The notes: generated by a model not told the origin, from the letters alone. A stretch of 64,000 nt of DNA from an uncultured virus (IMG/VR IMGVR_UViG_3300021131_000005) (IMGVR_UViG_3300021131_000005); one strand, 5' to 3'; counted from the first letter of the stretch, positions 48,501-56,779 are shown. Translations and numbers: made by a program.

Positions 48501-48894
48501 GTATAGTAGAAATATTAACTTCCAATATGCAGGAACTACCTATGGTTTGATTAATTTTAATCCAAATACGAATAATATAAACTTTGGCTCTACTAGCTCA
48601 ACTGGTACAGGATATTGGGTTTACCTCCAAAATAACGGTGTAAACACACTTGGAGTCTATTCTGGTGGTCAAGTACTTATTCAAAATGGCGGAACTTTTT
48701 CACCAAATGGTGTAGATGCTTTACAAATAGGTGGTTCTGCACTATCAACGCAATACAAATTGTCAGCATTAAACACAGCCCCCGCAACATCATCATCAAC
48801 GGGAACTTTAGGGGAAATAAGATTTACAAGCGGATATATATATTTATGTACCGCTACTAATACATGGGTTAGAGCAGCATTATCATCATTTTAA
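45496..48894 (+). CDS. large tail/head fibre protein with Sec signal peptide
   Basis: MRLLISFIFCLLVVGAFS|Q signal; fibre motifs IIIGTND, TDSIPQGSTNKYF, LFWDNTNNRLGL and C-terminal APATSSSTGTLGEIR..YIYLCTATNTWVRAAL. Confidence 0.8.
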   Translation: MRLLISFIFCLLVVGAFSQTQYPQGNPITNAPQSWISYGYTRDSAHLFIARDTFNSRYPAIVMRTDGTMWRTLGNGAYWYALSSGGNSIQNGGNSFGAPIIIGTNDSNAVIIRTKGINRWSISPFDGRLTYGATSLRGDDYGSITTGQGYFARVSATDYISFPKDTIAHSGYSDVISFQNGVPYYNSGGVWHAFLNDSVLYYSAGYGLNLSPTGQFKVDTSKILPKNDSGYLYVTPTQLSLKVNKSDSGIVFATPTKVKNDSTTIMGYVNGKVNYTDTSTILSPYQTALNARVKYTDSTIKYATPTQLALKVNKSDSSLRTGYVTPTVLTNDSITLANQIATKEPIISPSNTIKQYWNGYKQFVNFNTDSIPQGSTNKYFVTSDTAGLSNKLNKSNFIDSLTGRNATLLGNATTGSGSTIVLSGSPTLTLPNIAAISVSRGILSFPTGGSDTVALRGDTTTYFYPYSSNPKNYTSLTSLSATRKVSTGSIFTYNNVTGAYNFDTTVYLRKQDSTLYTTPTALNNRISSITLNTSNITYNNPVNFTNTGGAWSGTLALANQSPYTVFSRASGIGTPSWNNQIDSNYWNGQFATQVRAAQQNNSGFTTGQIVFPSSSSALTGSSNLFWDNTNNRLGLLTNLPTHTLTLASTSTGISYYNTSDQTTNYERVRQFWSGNIYYIIAEQGGSGSYRNINISSAGSLVFTNTVQKMIITGTTVTGAINMGYSTGTAGSIIGSTATLTASSGNQNNLALISTVNQTSSASSKILWISPYYQGVGSGSQLLIDAGTNTAANGGGTHTSKFNVDTSGNTTAKAFIVSGSSSSYLLQGDGSTVLKSSIGGGLTGNGASQSAGVAQIPYFITANSTLSSNASFTFDTTNNQTLGIGSKTSSGVGHNNFIGKLFFYNGISSGNLQGAYISSTQVGTLQGAESIDFYTQNGTIGGQTLSAQFTTGQASILGNVIISSTGTTANTIASTTLGGSSLNLFGYNSTPSITLNSGPGQSSYSRNINFQYAGTTYGLINFNPNTNNINFGSTSSTGTGYWVYLQNNGVNTLGVYSGGQVLIQNGGTFSPNGVDALQIGGSALSTQYKLSALNTAPATSSSTGTLGEIRFTSGYIYLCTATNTWVRAALSSF

Positions 48895-48905
48895 AATATA
48901 TAATT

Positions 48906-49274
48906 ATGAAAAAGATTACTTTACTAGCAGCCTTATTTATCGGTGCAAAAAGTTTCGGTCAATCAGATACAACAATAGTATCAGAGGCATTGGGGGATAG
49001 TATTACTATTCAAAAGTCAGCTTTTGAAATTCACCCAGTTATCGTTACGGCGCAAGGTGATAGCGCAAGAAGTATGAATTGGTATGCTTTCAATGTTACA
49101 AGGGATACTACAAGCGGCTTTAACACCTACGTTCAACTATTCGATAAGAATGGTAAAGCTATTGGGGCTTTTAATTGTCCTATACCCGCAAGTGTTGGTA
49201 ATCTTTGGTATAAAGACCCTACACCCGTTGATGACTACATTTTATCACAAAACCCTCGATTTGTAAAACCATGA
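48906..49274 (+). CDS. secreted protein (possible fibre chaperone/accessory)
   Basis: MKKITLLAALFIGAKSFG|Q signal peptide. Confidence 0.65.
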   Translation: MKKITLLAALFIGAKSFGQSDTTIVSEALGDSITIQKSAFEIHPVIVTAQGDSARSMNWYAFNVTRDTTSGFNTYVQLFDKNGKAIGAFNCPIPASVGNLWYKDPTPVDDYILSQNPRFVKP

Positions 49275-49507
49275 AGAAAAAAGTATTAGCAGGGTTATTG
49301 GTGTTAGGATTAATGGCAGCATCCCCACGAAAGTCTTACACACTAACAGATGGGCAAATAGGCATTTTGTATAATAGCTTACAAGTGGCTAAAAAGACTA
49401 TCCCAACAAGTGATGCGATAAGCGCAAAGGAGGCAAGTTCGGCACTAATGGGAATTGACAGCATCGAGAAAATCATTGTAAAACAATATGTAGATACAAT
49501 TAAATAA
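49271..49507 (+). CDS. small secreted protein
   Basis: MKKKVLAGLLVLGLMAA signal-like N-terminus. Confidence 0.55.
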   Translation: MKKKVLAGLLVLGLMAASPRKSYTLTDGQIGILYNSLQVAKKTIPTSDAISAKEASSALMGIDSIEKIIVKQYVDTIK

Positions 49508-49531
49508 CAACTTTTAAAATATAATATCGGT

Positions 49532-49747
49532 ATGATACACCACATCAGACAGACAGCAGACGGATTTATTAGCGCACTAAGTGCTTTGGGATTGTTAACC
49601 ATTTCTAGTACGACAGCCGATTGGTATATGAAGGTTGTAACGTTTGTTTTGGGGTGTATTGTATCCATATTAGCAAGTATCTATTATATAATAGCTATTA
49701 GAAAAGATAGAAAAGGTGGTAAGATAGAAAAAGTTAAACGCCTATAA
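49532..49747 (+). CDS. holin-like membrane protein
   Basis: Two hydrophobic segments and a basic C-terminal tail. Confidence 0.55.
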   Translation: MIHHIRQTADGFISALSALGLLTISSTTADWYMKVVTFVLGCIVSILASIYYIIAIRKDRKGGKIEKVKRL

Positions 49748-49842
49748 ATAAAGTAAATGCAATCAACCGCCGCTATATTGATAATTATACTTTATCTTTG
49801 TGGTTGGTATAAATATTTTAGTAAACAATTAAATAAAAAGAA

Positions 49843-50037
49843 ATGAATTTAAGTAATATTAAAACAACTATTGCAGGTGCTTTAGGTGGTTTGCTATTGG
49901 CAGCACAACCCGTTTTAGAGGCATATAAAACAGGTGCTTTTAATGGTAAGTCAGGAACACAACTAGCAGCAGCTATTGGTATAGTTATCTTAGGCTATTT
50001 TGCTAGTGATGCTAGTAAGCCAACACCGACAAAGTAA
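49843..50037 (+). CDS. holin-like membrane protein
   Basis: NIKTTIAG..LGYFASD, a two-TM small phage holin pattern. Confidence 0.6.
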   Translation: MNLSNIKTTIAGALGGLLLAAQPVLEAYKTGAFNGKSGTQLAAAIGIVILGYFASDASKPTPTK

Positions 50038-50045
50038 TGGCAAAT

Positions 50046-50251
50046 GGGGGCGGGCATTGACCGAATGGATGGTGTTCGTTGCCGCCTAGCATGAAAGGCT
50101 TAACCTTTCCCCCTAGCTGATGAAATTGAGGCAGGGGTTACTTTAAAGAGATTGCCTACGAACTGGCATATTTTGGCAGACGATTCAAACTGCCGCAGAG
50201 TGAGTACTCGTATTCTAACCGCCTAACATAACACTAAGATAGTTAGGCGGT
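50046..50251 (+). ncRNA. candidate structured RNA (series of hairpins)
   Basis: GC-rich intergenic region with at least six stem-loops; strand uncertain. Confidence 0.4.
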
Positions 50252-50276
50252 AATTTTAATCACAATAAAGAAAAAA

Positions 50277-50486
50277 ATGGATAACGTAAATAAACCCGCA
50301 CACTACACAGATGGAAAAATTGAAGTAATTGATTTTATTGAAGATAAAGGGTTTGGGTATCATTTAGGAAATGCTATCAAATACATTTCACGAGCAGGCA
50401 AGAAAGACCCAAATAAAAAGATTGAAGATTTAGAAAAAGCACGTTGGTATCTTGATAGAGAGATTAACAGATTGAAATGCAGTTAG
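50277..50486 (+). CDS. DUF3310 family protein
   Basis: DNVNKPAHY..IEVIDFI..GNAIKYISRAGKK..EDLEKARWYL. Confidence 0.9.
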   Translation: MDNVNKPAHYTDGKIEVIDFIEDKGFGYHLGNAIKYISRAGKKDPNKKIEDLEKARWYLDREINRLKCS

Positions 50487-50604
50487 AATATCCAAAGGGT
50501 TACGATAATTTTACAAAAGAACAAAAATATCAATGGTTACTTCAAACGTTCATAGAACTAAATAAATTAACAGAAAAAATACACAAAGAACTAAATAAAG
50601 TAAG

Positions 50605-50823
50605 ATGATTAATAATTGCGGTAAATGTAAATATTGGGATAACCAATACGGTCATAGTGGGGAACAACACGGAAACTGCAAAAGATTGGGCATGAATGAT
50701 AGGATTATATCAGATGCTTTGTCGGGAAAGTATATTGCTTTCCATAAAGACCATAACCCCCAAGCGGTATTAACGGGTATTAATTTCGGTTGTGTACATT
50801 TTGAAGATAAAAAAACAATTTAA
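50605..50823 (+). CDS. small Cys-motif phage protein
   Basis: CGKCKYW..NFGCVHF. Confidence 0.55.
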   Translation: MINNCGKCKYWDNQYGHSGEQHGNCKRLGMNDRIISDALSGKYIAFHKDHNPQAVLTGINFGCVHFEDKKTI

Positions 50824-50963
50824 ACTTACAAAGATGAAAAAAGAATATCAGCAACTTTTATCTAGTGGGATGTTTTGGGAGTTTTACCCAGAACTAAGTG
50901 GAAATTACGATAAAGACAAAACACAATGGTGCAAAATTTACAAACAACTTTTAAAATCAAGAA

Positions 50964-51515
50964 ATGAAAATAATAAATAAAGATGGGTCAGGATGGCAAT
51001 ACATACTATTACTATCGGTCGTTATTAGTTTGTTTTCGGGGTGTTTAAGCGATAAGACAGCTTTGCAGAAAGTGCTTACTAATAAGAACTCATTTGATAC
51101 TTTGGGGCAAGTTTACACACGTTTACACCCTTGTATTAATACAGTTGAAAGAATAAGCCACGATACAACATACCAACACGATACGGCTATATTTTCAAAG
51201 GTTGATACTATTGGAAATTATATCCACGATACAACCGTCCGATATTTACGGACACTTGCCACTATACACGATACTATTACTACAATAGACGGTCAGCAAG
51301 AATTAATATTAGAGGGTGCATTAAATGAAAGGATACAAGCTATCGCAGGTCTTAACGCAAACCTAAGCGATGCAGGGGCTACGATTGATAAGCAGAATAA
51401 AACGATAAGCAAGTATAGACTTTACATCACGGGGTTAATTATCCTATCTGTATTGCTTTTCCTAGGATTAGTTTACCTATTAATTAAGAGTTTACTACCA
51501 AAGTTTAATTTATGA
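50964..51515 (+). CDS. putative unimolecular spanin (lipoprotein plus C-terminal TM)
   Basis: Lipobox LFSG|C after a hydrophobic stretch, a coiled coil and a C-terminal TM helix; lies in the lysis region. Confidence 0.65.
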   Translation: MKIINKDGSGWQYILLLSVVISLFSGCLSDKTALQKVLTNKNSFDTLGQVYTRLHPCINTVERISHDTTYQHDTAIFSKVDTIGNYIHDTTVRYLRTLATIHDTITTIDGQQELILEGALNERIQAIAGLNANLSDAGATIDKQNKTISKYRLYITGLIILSVLLFLGLVYLLIKSLLPKFNL

Positions 51516-51552
51516 CTTACAAAATTAGGATTTTTTAAATAAAATTTTATTT

Positions 51553-51744
51553 ATGCTAAACGTAATACCATTAAATGATTTAAGAGAACATGATGAACAA
51601 TCAACTTGTGATTGCCGCCCCTCGGTTTATTTTGAAAATGGCGAAATGATTATAGTACATAATTCATTTGATAGGCGTGAAGAAATAGAAGAAGGTGGGA
51701 TGCAAGATTGTGGGGAACACCCAACATTAAATTTTATAAAATGA
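51553..51744 (+). CDS. small His/Cys protein
   Basis: PLNDLREH..CDCRP..IIVHNSFDRRE. Confidence 0.55.
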   Translation: MLNVIPLNDLREHDEQSTCDCRPSVYFENGEMIIVHNSFDRREEIEEGGMQDCGEHPTLNFIK

Positions 51745-52086
51745 TTTTAGAAAAATTAAAAATAGGACAAAAAGTTTGGGTTATGGAAGAATTTCCAAAA
51801 CAACTTATTATCGAAGAAATTGATATTGATAAAAAAGAAGTTTGGTGTGATGATGGGTGGAATCATTCAGCAGATGAAATTTATAGTAGTCAATCTAAAT
51901 GTAAAAATGATAACTAAACAACGACTAGACTATCATTTGCGCCAACAATGCACTGCTAAAGATTTAGAGGCTATTTGTTATTTCAATAGGATAATAAAAA
52001 ATTATAAAAGGATGCTTTTTTTAGAAAAAAGTAGTAATATTGCAAAGAATAACAAATCAATAGGATTGACAACTTAACAATCTACT

Positions 52087-52120
52087 GCCTTGCAATCTCG
52101 GAAAATTGCAAGGCTTTTTA
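52087..52120 (+). terminator. rho-independent terminator
   Basis: gccttgcaat-ctcggaaa-attgcaaggc followed by ttttt. Confidence 0.8.
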
Positions 52121-52308
52121 ATTAAATGATTTATGACTTACAAAGTATTTCTCGAAATAGGCGGACGGAAATTAGCCGTACAAGTAGAAGCGGATAGCGA
52201 ACTTGAAGCAAGGGAAATAAAAGTTCATAAGGTGGAAGTAGTAAAAGAAAAGACTAATCCTGAAACAGAGGAAATATCATTAGAACACCTTAAAAGCATT
52301 TTTGGAAT

Positions 52309-52848
52309 ATGAGTACATCATTTAACAAGGCATACCCATTATTGCCACAGTTACCATATAAGAAAACATCTATTGACATGGATAGTGTTATTTCTTATAT
52401 TAAGACATTAGACGTGCCTTTGGAAGTTAAGAGGGCTACTTATGTTGTAGGGCGCAATGAAAGTGCCAACGGGCATAATGGTGTTTGCTATAACCTAATT
52501 GGTTTACAAAGTGATGGCGACAAGTTCCCCAATAAATATAGCGTTCACTTTGTTGGGTTCTGTATTGAAAAAGAAAATCTTACCTTGAAGCCAAGGGGGT
52601 TTTTATGTTTTGATAAATGGCAGTCTTCTTTTGATATTTTGTCAGATGAAATACTTAATAGAGGTTTATATGTTGGCGGTAAACTTCACGAACCTATGTA
52701 TTGCAGCTTTACAGATGTTACCGAAGCTAATTTTTGCCAAGCCTACGAAGACTTATGGGTGTACGGAAATAAGGACTACAAGCCTACTAAAATAGAAGTT
52801 TCCGAATTTACCTCAATGTACAATCAAGCTAAGAAAATATTTGCATAA
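52309..52848 (+). CDS. putative endolysin (GH73/lysozyme-like)
   Basis: NESANG..YNLIGLQ..RGFLCFDKWQSS resembles the glucosaminidase motif order. Confidence 0.55.
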   Translation: MSTSFNKAYPLLPQLPYKKTSIDMDSVISYIKTLDVPLEVKRATYVVGRNESANGHNGVCYNLIGLQSDGDKFPNKYSVHFVGFCIEKENLTLKPRGFLCFDKWQSSFDILSDEILNRGLYVGGKLHEPMYCSFTDVTEANFCQAYEDLWVYGNKDYKPTKIEVSEFTSMYNQAKKIFA

Positions 52849-54134
52849 TGCCAACAGAAGCCCCAAATTTTGAGCCGTTAAAGAAGATTGATACAACAGA
52901 AAAAATTAAGGTAAGGAAAGTTGACGAAATTAAAGACTACATAGTTGAGCATCAAAATGAATCCGAGGAAAGTATAGCTGCTAAATTTAAGTCAACGGTT
53001 AACTATATTAAAAATGCTAAGACAGAATTAAGAAAAGAAGGTAAAATACCAAAACTTGAAGAAGGATGGCGACAAAAACCAACACCCGAAGAAAAGCACA
53101 AAGCACTATATGAAGAATGCGAAAATGTAGGTTTACCTAAAGAAAGGGTGACGCATTATTGGTGGAAAACGGATGATGCCTCTATATTTGTTAAGTGCGA
53201 ACAAACACAAGAAAGCGATATTTTAAAGTCAATAGAGAACATTATAACCGAAAGATTAACCACTAGAATAACAATACCTACAACGCCAAATGAGACTTGC
53301 AAAAAAGCCATAAAAGTAACCATATCAGATGCTCACGTTGGACTAGACCCAAACCCCAACGGTTACGGAATTTACAACTACAAATATAACGCAGATATAT
53401 TCTTTCAGAACTTAGAAAGTGTTTATCAATCCGTTATTGCAAAGCATAATCAGTTTGGCAAATTCGATACTTTATTTATAGATGACTTAGGGGACGGTTT
53501 GGATGGTTGGAACGGATTAACTACTAGGGGCGGTCACGACTTGCCACAAAATATGTCTAACGTTGATGCATTTAAGACATTTGTTAAAGGTAAACTAAAC
53601 CTAATCGAAAGGTTAATAGCGGCAAACGTATCTGATAGTATAGAGTGTCACAATGTTTCAAATGACAATCATAGCGGGGATTTTGCCCGTATTGCAAATG
53701 AAACTATCAAAATGGTATTAGATAGAATTTACGGTGAGGGTCAAATAGGATTTAAGATATTAAATAAGTTTGTAGAACATTTTTATTACGGCGACCATTG
53801 TTTTATCTATACTCATGGGAAGGACGAAAAGCAAAGGGTTAAAAATTTATCATTAGACCTTACCCCAACTATTATAGAATTTTTCAGAGGGTACATTGAC
53901 TATTACGGAATTAACTCAAAATTCATTCATGTAGATAAAGGGGATTTGCACCAGCTAGGATATAAGCGTTGTAATAAGTTTGATTATCGCAATTATATGT
54001 CATTTGCGCCGCCGTCCTTTCATAGTAGTCACAACTACAACGGCTCATATAGCGGCTATTCAATACAGGTTATAGATAAGCATTCAGCAACGGTAAGCCA
54101 CGAAGATTATTTTTTTGATTTAACTAAATTGTGA
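52848..54134 (+). CDS. calcineurin-like metallophosphoesterase with N-terminal HTH-like region
   Basis: SDAHVG, GDGLDG, NDNH, THG and GDLH motifs. Confidence 0.8.
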   Translation: MPTEAPNFEPLKKIDTTEKIKVRKVDEIKDYIVEHQNESEESIAAKFKSTVNYIKNAKTELRKEGKIPKLEEGWRQKPTPEEKHKALYEECENVGLPKERVTHYWWKTDDASIFVKCEQTQESDILKSIENIITERLTTRITIPTTPNETCKKAIKVTISDAHVGLDPNPNGYGIYNYKYNADIFFQNLESVYQSVIAKHNQFGKFDTLFIDDLGDGLDGWNGLTTRGGHDLPQNMSNVDAFKTFVKGKLNLIERLIAANVSDSIECHNVSNDNHSGDFARIANETIKMVLDRIYGEGQIGFKILNKFVEHFYYGDHCFIYTHGKDEKQRVKNLSLDLTPTIIEFFRGYIDYYGINSKFIHVDKGDLHQLGYKRCNKFDYRNYMSFAPPSFHSSHNYNGSYSGYSIQVIDKHSATVSHEDYFFDLTKL

Positions 54135-54137
54135 AAC

Positions 54138-54554
54138 ATGACAAAAAAAACATACTTACTACTAGACGACATACGAAGCCCGTTTGATGTGTTCTTATAT
54201 ACTTTCAAACTAAAGTATCTTTTTAGAAAATGGCTAGTAGTAAGGAATTATAATGATTTGACTACTTATATACTAAACTATGGTATGCCTTACTTTATTT
54301 CTTTCGACCATGATTTACATCCATCCCATTATACACCAAAAGAGTATTGGAATGATTACGGTTTAAGTAAACGGTGGCAAGAATCACAGCCTAAGATAGA
54401 ACCAAACGGCGAAGATTGCGCAAAATTTATAAAAGCAAGAATGCTTTATAGTAATTGGGAAAATAACGGAATGGTTAAACCTAAATTCTACGTTCATTCT
54501 AAAAACCCAGTAGGTAGGGATAAAATTATTAATGTATTAAAAGATTTGAAATGA
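54138..54554 (+). CDS. cyclic-phosphate-processing receiver-like domain protein
   Basis: LLLDDIRSP, WLVVRNY, ISFDHDL, GEDCAK and VHSKNPVG motifs. Confidence 0.8.
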   Translation: MTKKTYLLLDDIRSPFDVFLYTFKLKYLFRKWLVVRNYNDLTTYILNYGMPYFISFDHDLHPSHYTPKEYWNDYGLSKRWQESQPKIEPNGEDCAKFIKARMLYSNWENNGMVKPKFYVHSKNPVGRDKIINVLKDLK

Positions 54555-54754
54555 CCACAACAAAAGCAGAACAACTATTAGTATCAACGGGTTACGATTT
54601 ATTCGGCTCGAATGATGACGTAAAGAAGATAATGGAAGCCATGAAGCAAGCTATGGAAATAGGCTATGATAGCGGCGTAAAGATGTCGGCTATTAGCAAG
54701 GATGCTTTATTGAAACAATATTTTGAGGACACTTTTAATATTGAGGACGAATGA
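54551..54754 (+). CDS. hypothetical protein
   Basis: ORF coupled to the upstream gene. Confidence 0.5.
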   Translation: MTTTKAEQLLVSTGYDLFGSNDDVKKIMEAMKQAMEIGYDSGVKMSAISKDALLKQYFEDTFNIEDE

Positions 54755-54981
54755 AGGAAAATAGCAAAAGAAAGGGCAGCTAAATTGATGTTGTTGCCAT
54801 AGTAACCGTTCACTATCTACTACACAATTCGTAGTTAATCACAAATGGTTACTTTTCTATTTTTACCTACTATTTTCATAGCAATTTGCGAAGTGCGAAT
54901 ATAAATACGCTTATTATCAGTAAAGGCTTAAAGTGAAAATTTGTCGAGTAAACTGTGTAATTTACTTTAAATTTTGATAAT

Positions 54982-55003
54982 AAAAAAAGCCCGCAGAACG
55001 GGC
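54982..55003 (-). terminator. minus-strand rho-independent terminator
   Basis: gcccg-ttctg-cgggc followed by ttttttt on the minus strand. Confidence 0.7.
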
Positions 55004-55031
55004 AAAGGATATACACAGAGGTAGTCCGAAG

Positions 55032-55060
55032 TGTCACAAAAATACACTAAATTTGTGACA
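55032..55060. promoter_or_regulatory. palindromic back-to-back -7 promoter elements
   Basis: tgtcacaaa/tttgtgaca inverted repeat containing TAAATTTG (+) and TATTTTTG (-). Confidence 0.55.
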
Positions 55061-55665
55061 TGAAACAAACATTACTTTTTTTCAGTTGGTTACTAATTGT
55101 AGCCAACTCGTGGGGGCAAACAATAGACACTGTAATTCACGCCCCGAACTATACAAGCTATTACAGCTACAAACTACACAACCCCATATTCGTTGTTTAC
55201 AAGCTATATAAAGGCGGCGGTTCGTGTTCTAGGGTAAAGGATAGGTTTATTAGTGATAACCTTCCTAATAGTGCCACAGCGTCCGATTATGCAGGTAGTG
55301 GGTATGATGAGGGTCACGAATGCAACTCGGCGGACTTCGCTTATGACTGCAAATTACAAGAAGCTACATTTAGGTTTTATAATTGCACGCCTCAAACACC
55401 AGCATTGAATAGAGGTTGTTGGAAGCATATAGAAACAACGGTAAGAAAGGAAAGCCAAACTGATAGTTTACTAATCATTTGCGGCAATATCTTTGGCAGT
55501 AAAACTATTGGCAAAGGTGTTGCAGTACCGTCTTATTGTTTCAAAATCGTATATCGCAAAGGTGAGGTTATTCATAGCTTATTATTTCCCAATGATAACA
55601 GCCGGTCATTTAGAACTGTCAGCGTAGATAGTCTTAGGGGATTGTATAAGTTTGCGCCGTTTTAA
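55060..55665 (+). CDS. secreted DNA/RNA non-specific endonuclease (Serratia NucA type)
   Basis: DYAGSGYDEGH, PQTPALNRGCW and VAVPSYCFKI motifs; signal peptide SWG|Q. Confidence 0.9.
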   Translation: MKQTLLFFSWLLIVANSWGQTIDTVIHAPNYTSYYSYKLHNPIFVVYKLYKGGGSCSRVKDRFISDNLPNSATASDYAGSGYDEGHECNSADFAYDCKLQEATFRFYNCTPQTPALNRGCWKHIETTVRKESQTDSLLIICGNIFGSKTIGKGVAVPSYCFKIVYRKGEVIHSLLFPNDNSRSFRTVSVDSLRGLYKFAPF

Positions 55666-55964
55666 AGTTCATCAGGGGGTTTAATGCGTTCGCTTATTTG
55701 TTCAAAATGAAACTCGTTTAATTCTAAATAAGAGGGGTTTTTAAATATTTTCCTTTTAGCATCATATTTAAACATTTCCCAATCTCTATTTTGTTCTTTT
55801 ACTTTGCACCAGTAATATCCGCTTTCTCTTTTCATAATTAATGTATTGAAACGTGATTAACAATAAAGCACCAAATCAAATAAATAACATAAATACATAC
55901 AGCCATTATTACCATTATTTTAAAGAATCCTTTTAATAACTCAATTAACATTTGGTCAAACATA

Positions 55965-56153
55965 TTACTTCTTTAATTGTCTTAAATTATTTTCTCTTTG
56001 TTCTCTTTTTAATCTCTCACTAAAAGTTTCTTTACCTTGTTTACGTCTAATTTTTCTATTAGAAATGTTTATATCATTTCCTGATTGTGCAGCTTTTTTA
56101 CTAAATTGAAACATAGCATCGTATATTTCAGCATCTTCTTTACTATAACTCAT
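55965..56153 (-). CDS. hypothetical protein
   Basis: ORF in the minus-strand accessory operon. Confidence 0.5.
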   Translation of the reverse strand: MSYSKEDAEIYDAMFQFSKKAAQSGNDINISNRKIRRKQGKETFSERLKREQRENNLRQLKK

Positions 56154-56243
56154 AATTTTTCTAATTTAAGGATTCGTTTATAATTTTTTATTATCCTATT
56201 AAAATAACAAATAGCTTCTAAGTCTTTAGCAGTACATTGTTGC

Positions 56244-56663
56244 CTAAGATTGTAATCTGGTCGTTTTATTTCTTTTTTCTTCTTCATAAAACTGTTCTAA
56301 AATATAAGAATGTCCATTTTCTCTAAGATAAGACTTTAATTTTTCGTAATCATTATTATTTTGTAAGTCTGCAATTAAAATATTTGTTTTTTTAACTAAT
56401 GATTTATTTTCAAGAAGTTTATTTTGCAACTGTTTTTTCTTCCACAAAGGTGTTTGTGGTGAATTATATTGAGCAGCCATTAAATCACGTTCTTCCTTTA
56501 GTTTATTACCAATAGAACTTATGTGATATTCTAAATCATTAGATACGCCTATTTTTATTATAGTAGATATTTCGGTAGGATTAAAATATCTTCTTTCACA
56601 AATAGACTTTGATAACCTATCTGCCATTTCATTTATACTTTCTGCTATTGTTCTTAATTTCAT
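56244..56663 (-). CDS. hypothetical protein
   Basis: ORF in the minus-strand operon. Confidence 0.55.
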   Translation of the reverse strand: MKLRTIAESINEMADRLSKSICERRYFNPTEISTIIKIGVSNDLEYHISSIGNKLKEERDLMAAQYNSPQTPLWKKKQLQNKLLENKSLVKKTNILIADLQNNNDYEKLKSYLRENGHSYILEQFYEEEKRNKTTRLQS

Positions 56664-56779
56664 ACTTCACTCTTTTATAATTGCCAAAATAATAACCCCT
56701 ATTGCAAATAACCATAAATGATTAAATCTTGCACCAATGGATAGGCACAATATACCTATCCAAAATCTTAGCCATGTTT

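Noticed and set aside
50046..50115. Canonical tRNA gene
   Set aside because: A D-arm-like ACCGAATGGATGGT is present, but there is no proper anticodon stem or TTC T-loop.
50092..50125. Hammerhead ribozyme (GAAA..CTGATGA)
   Set aside because: The core words are present but stems I and II cannot be formed with the required spacing.
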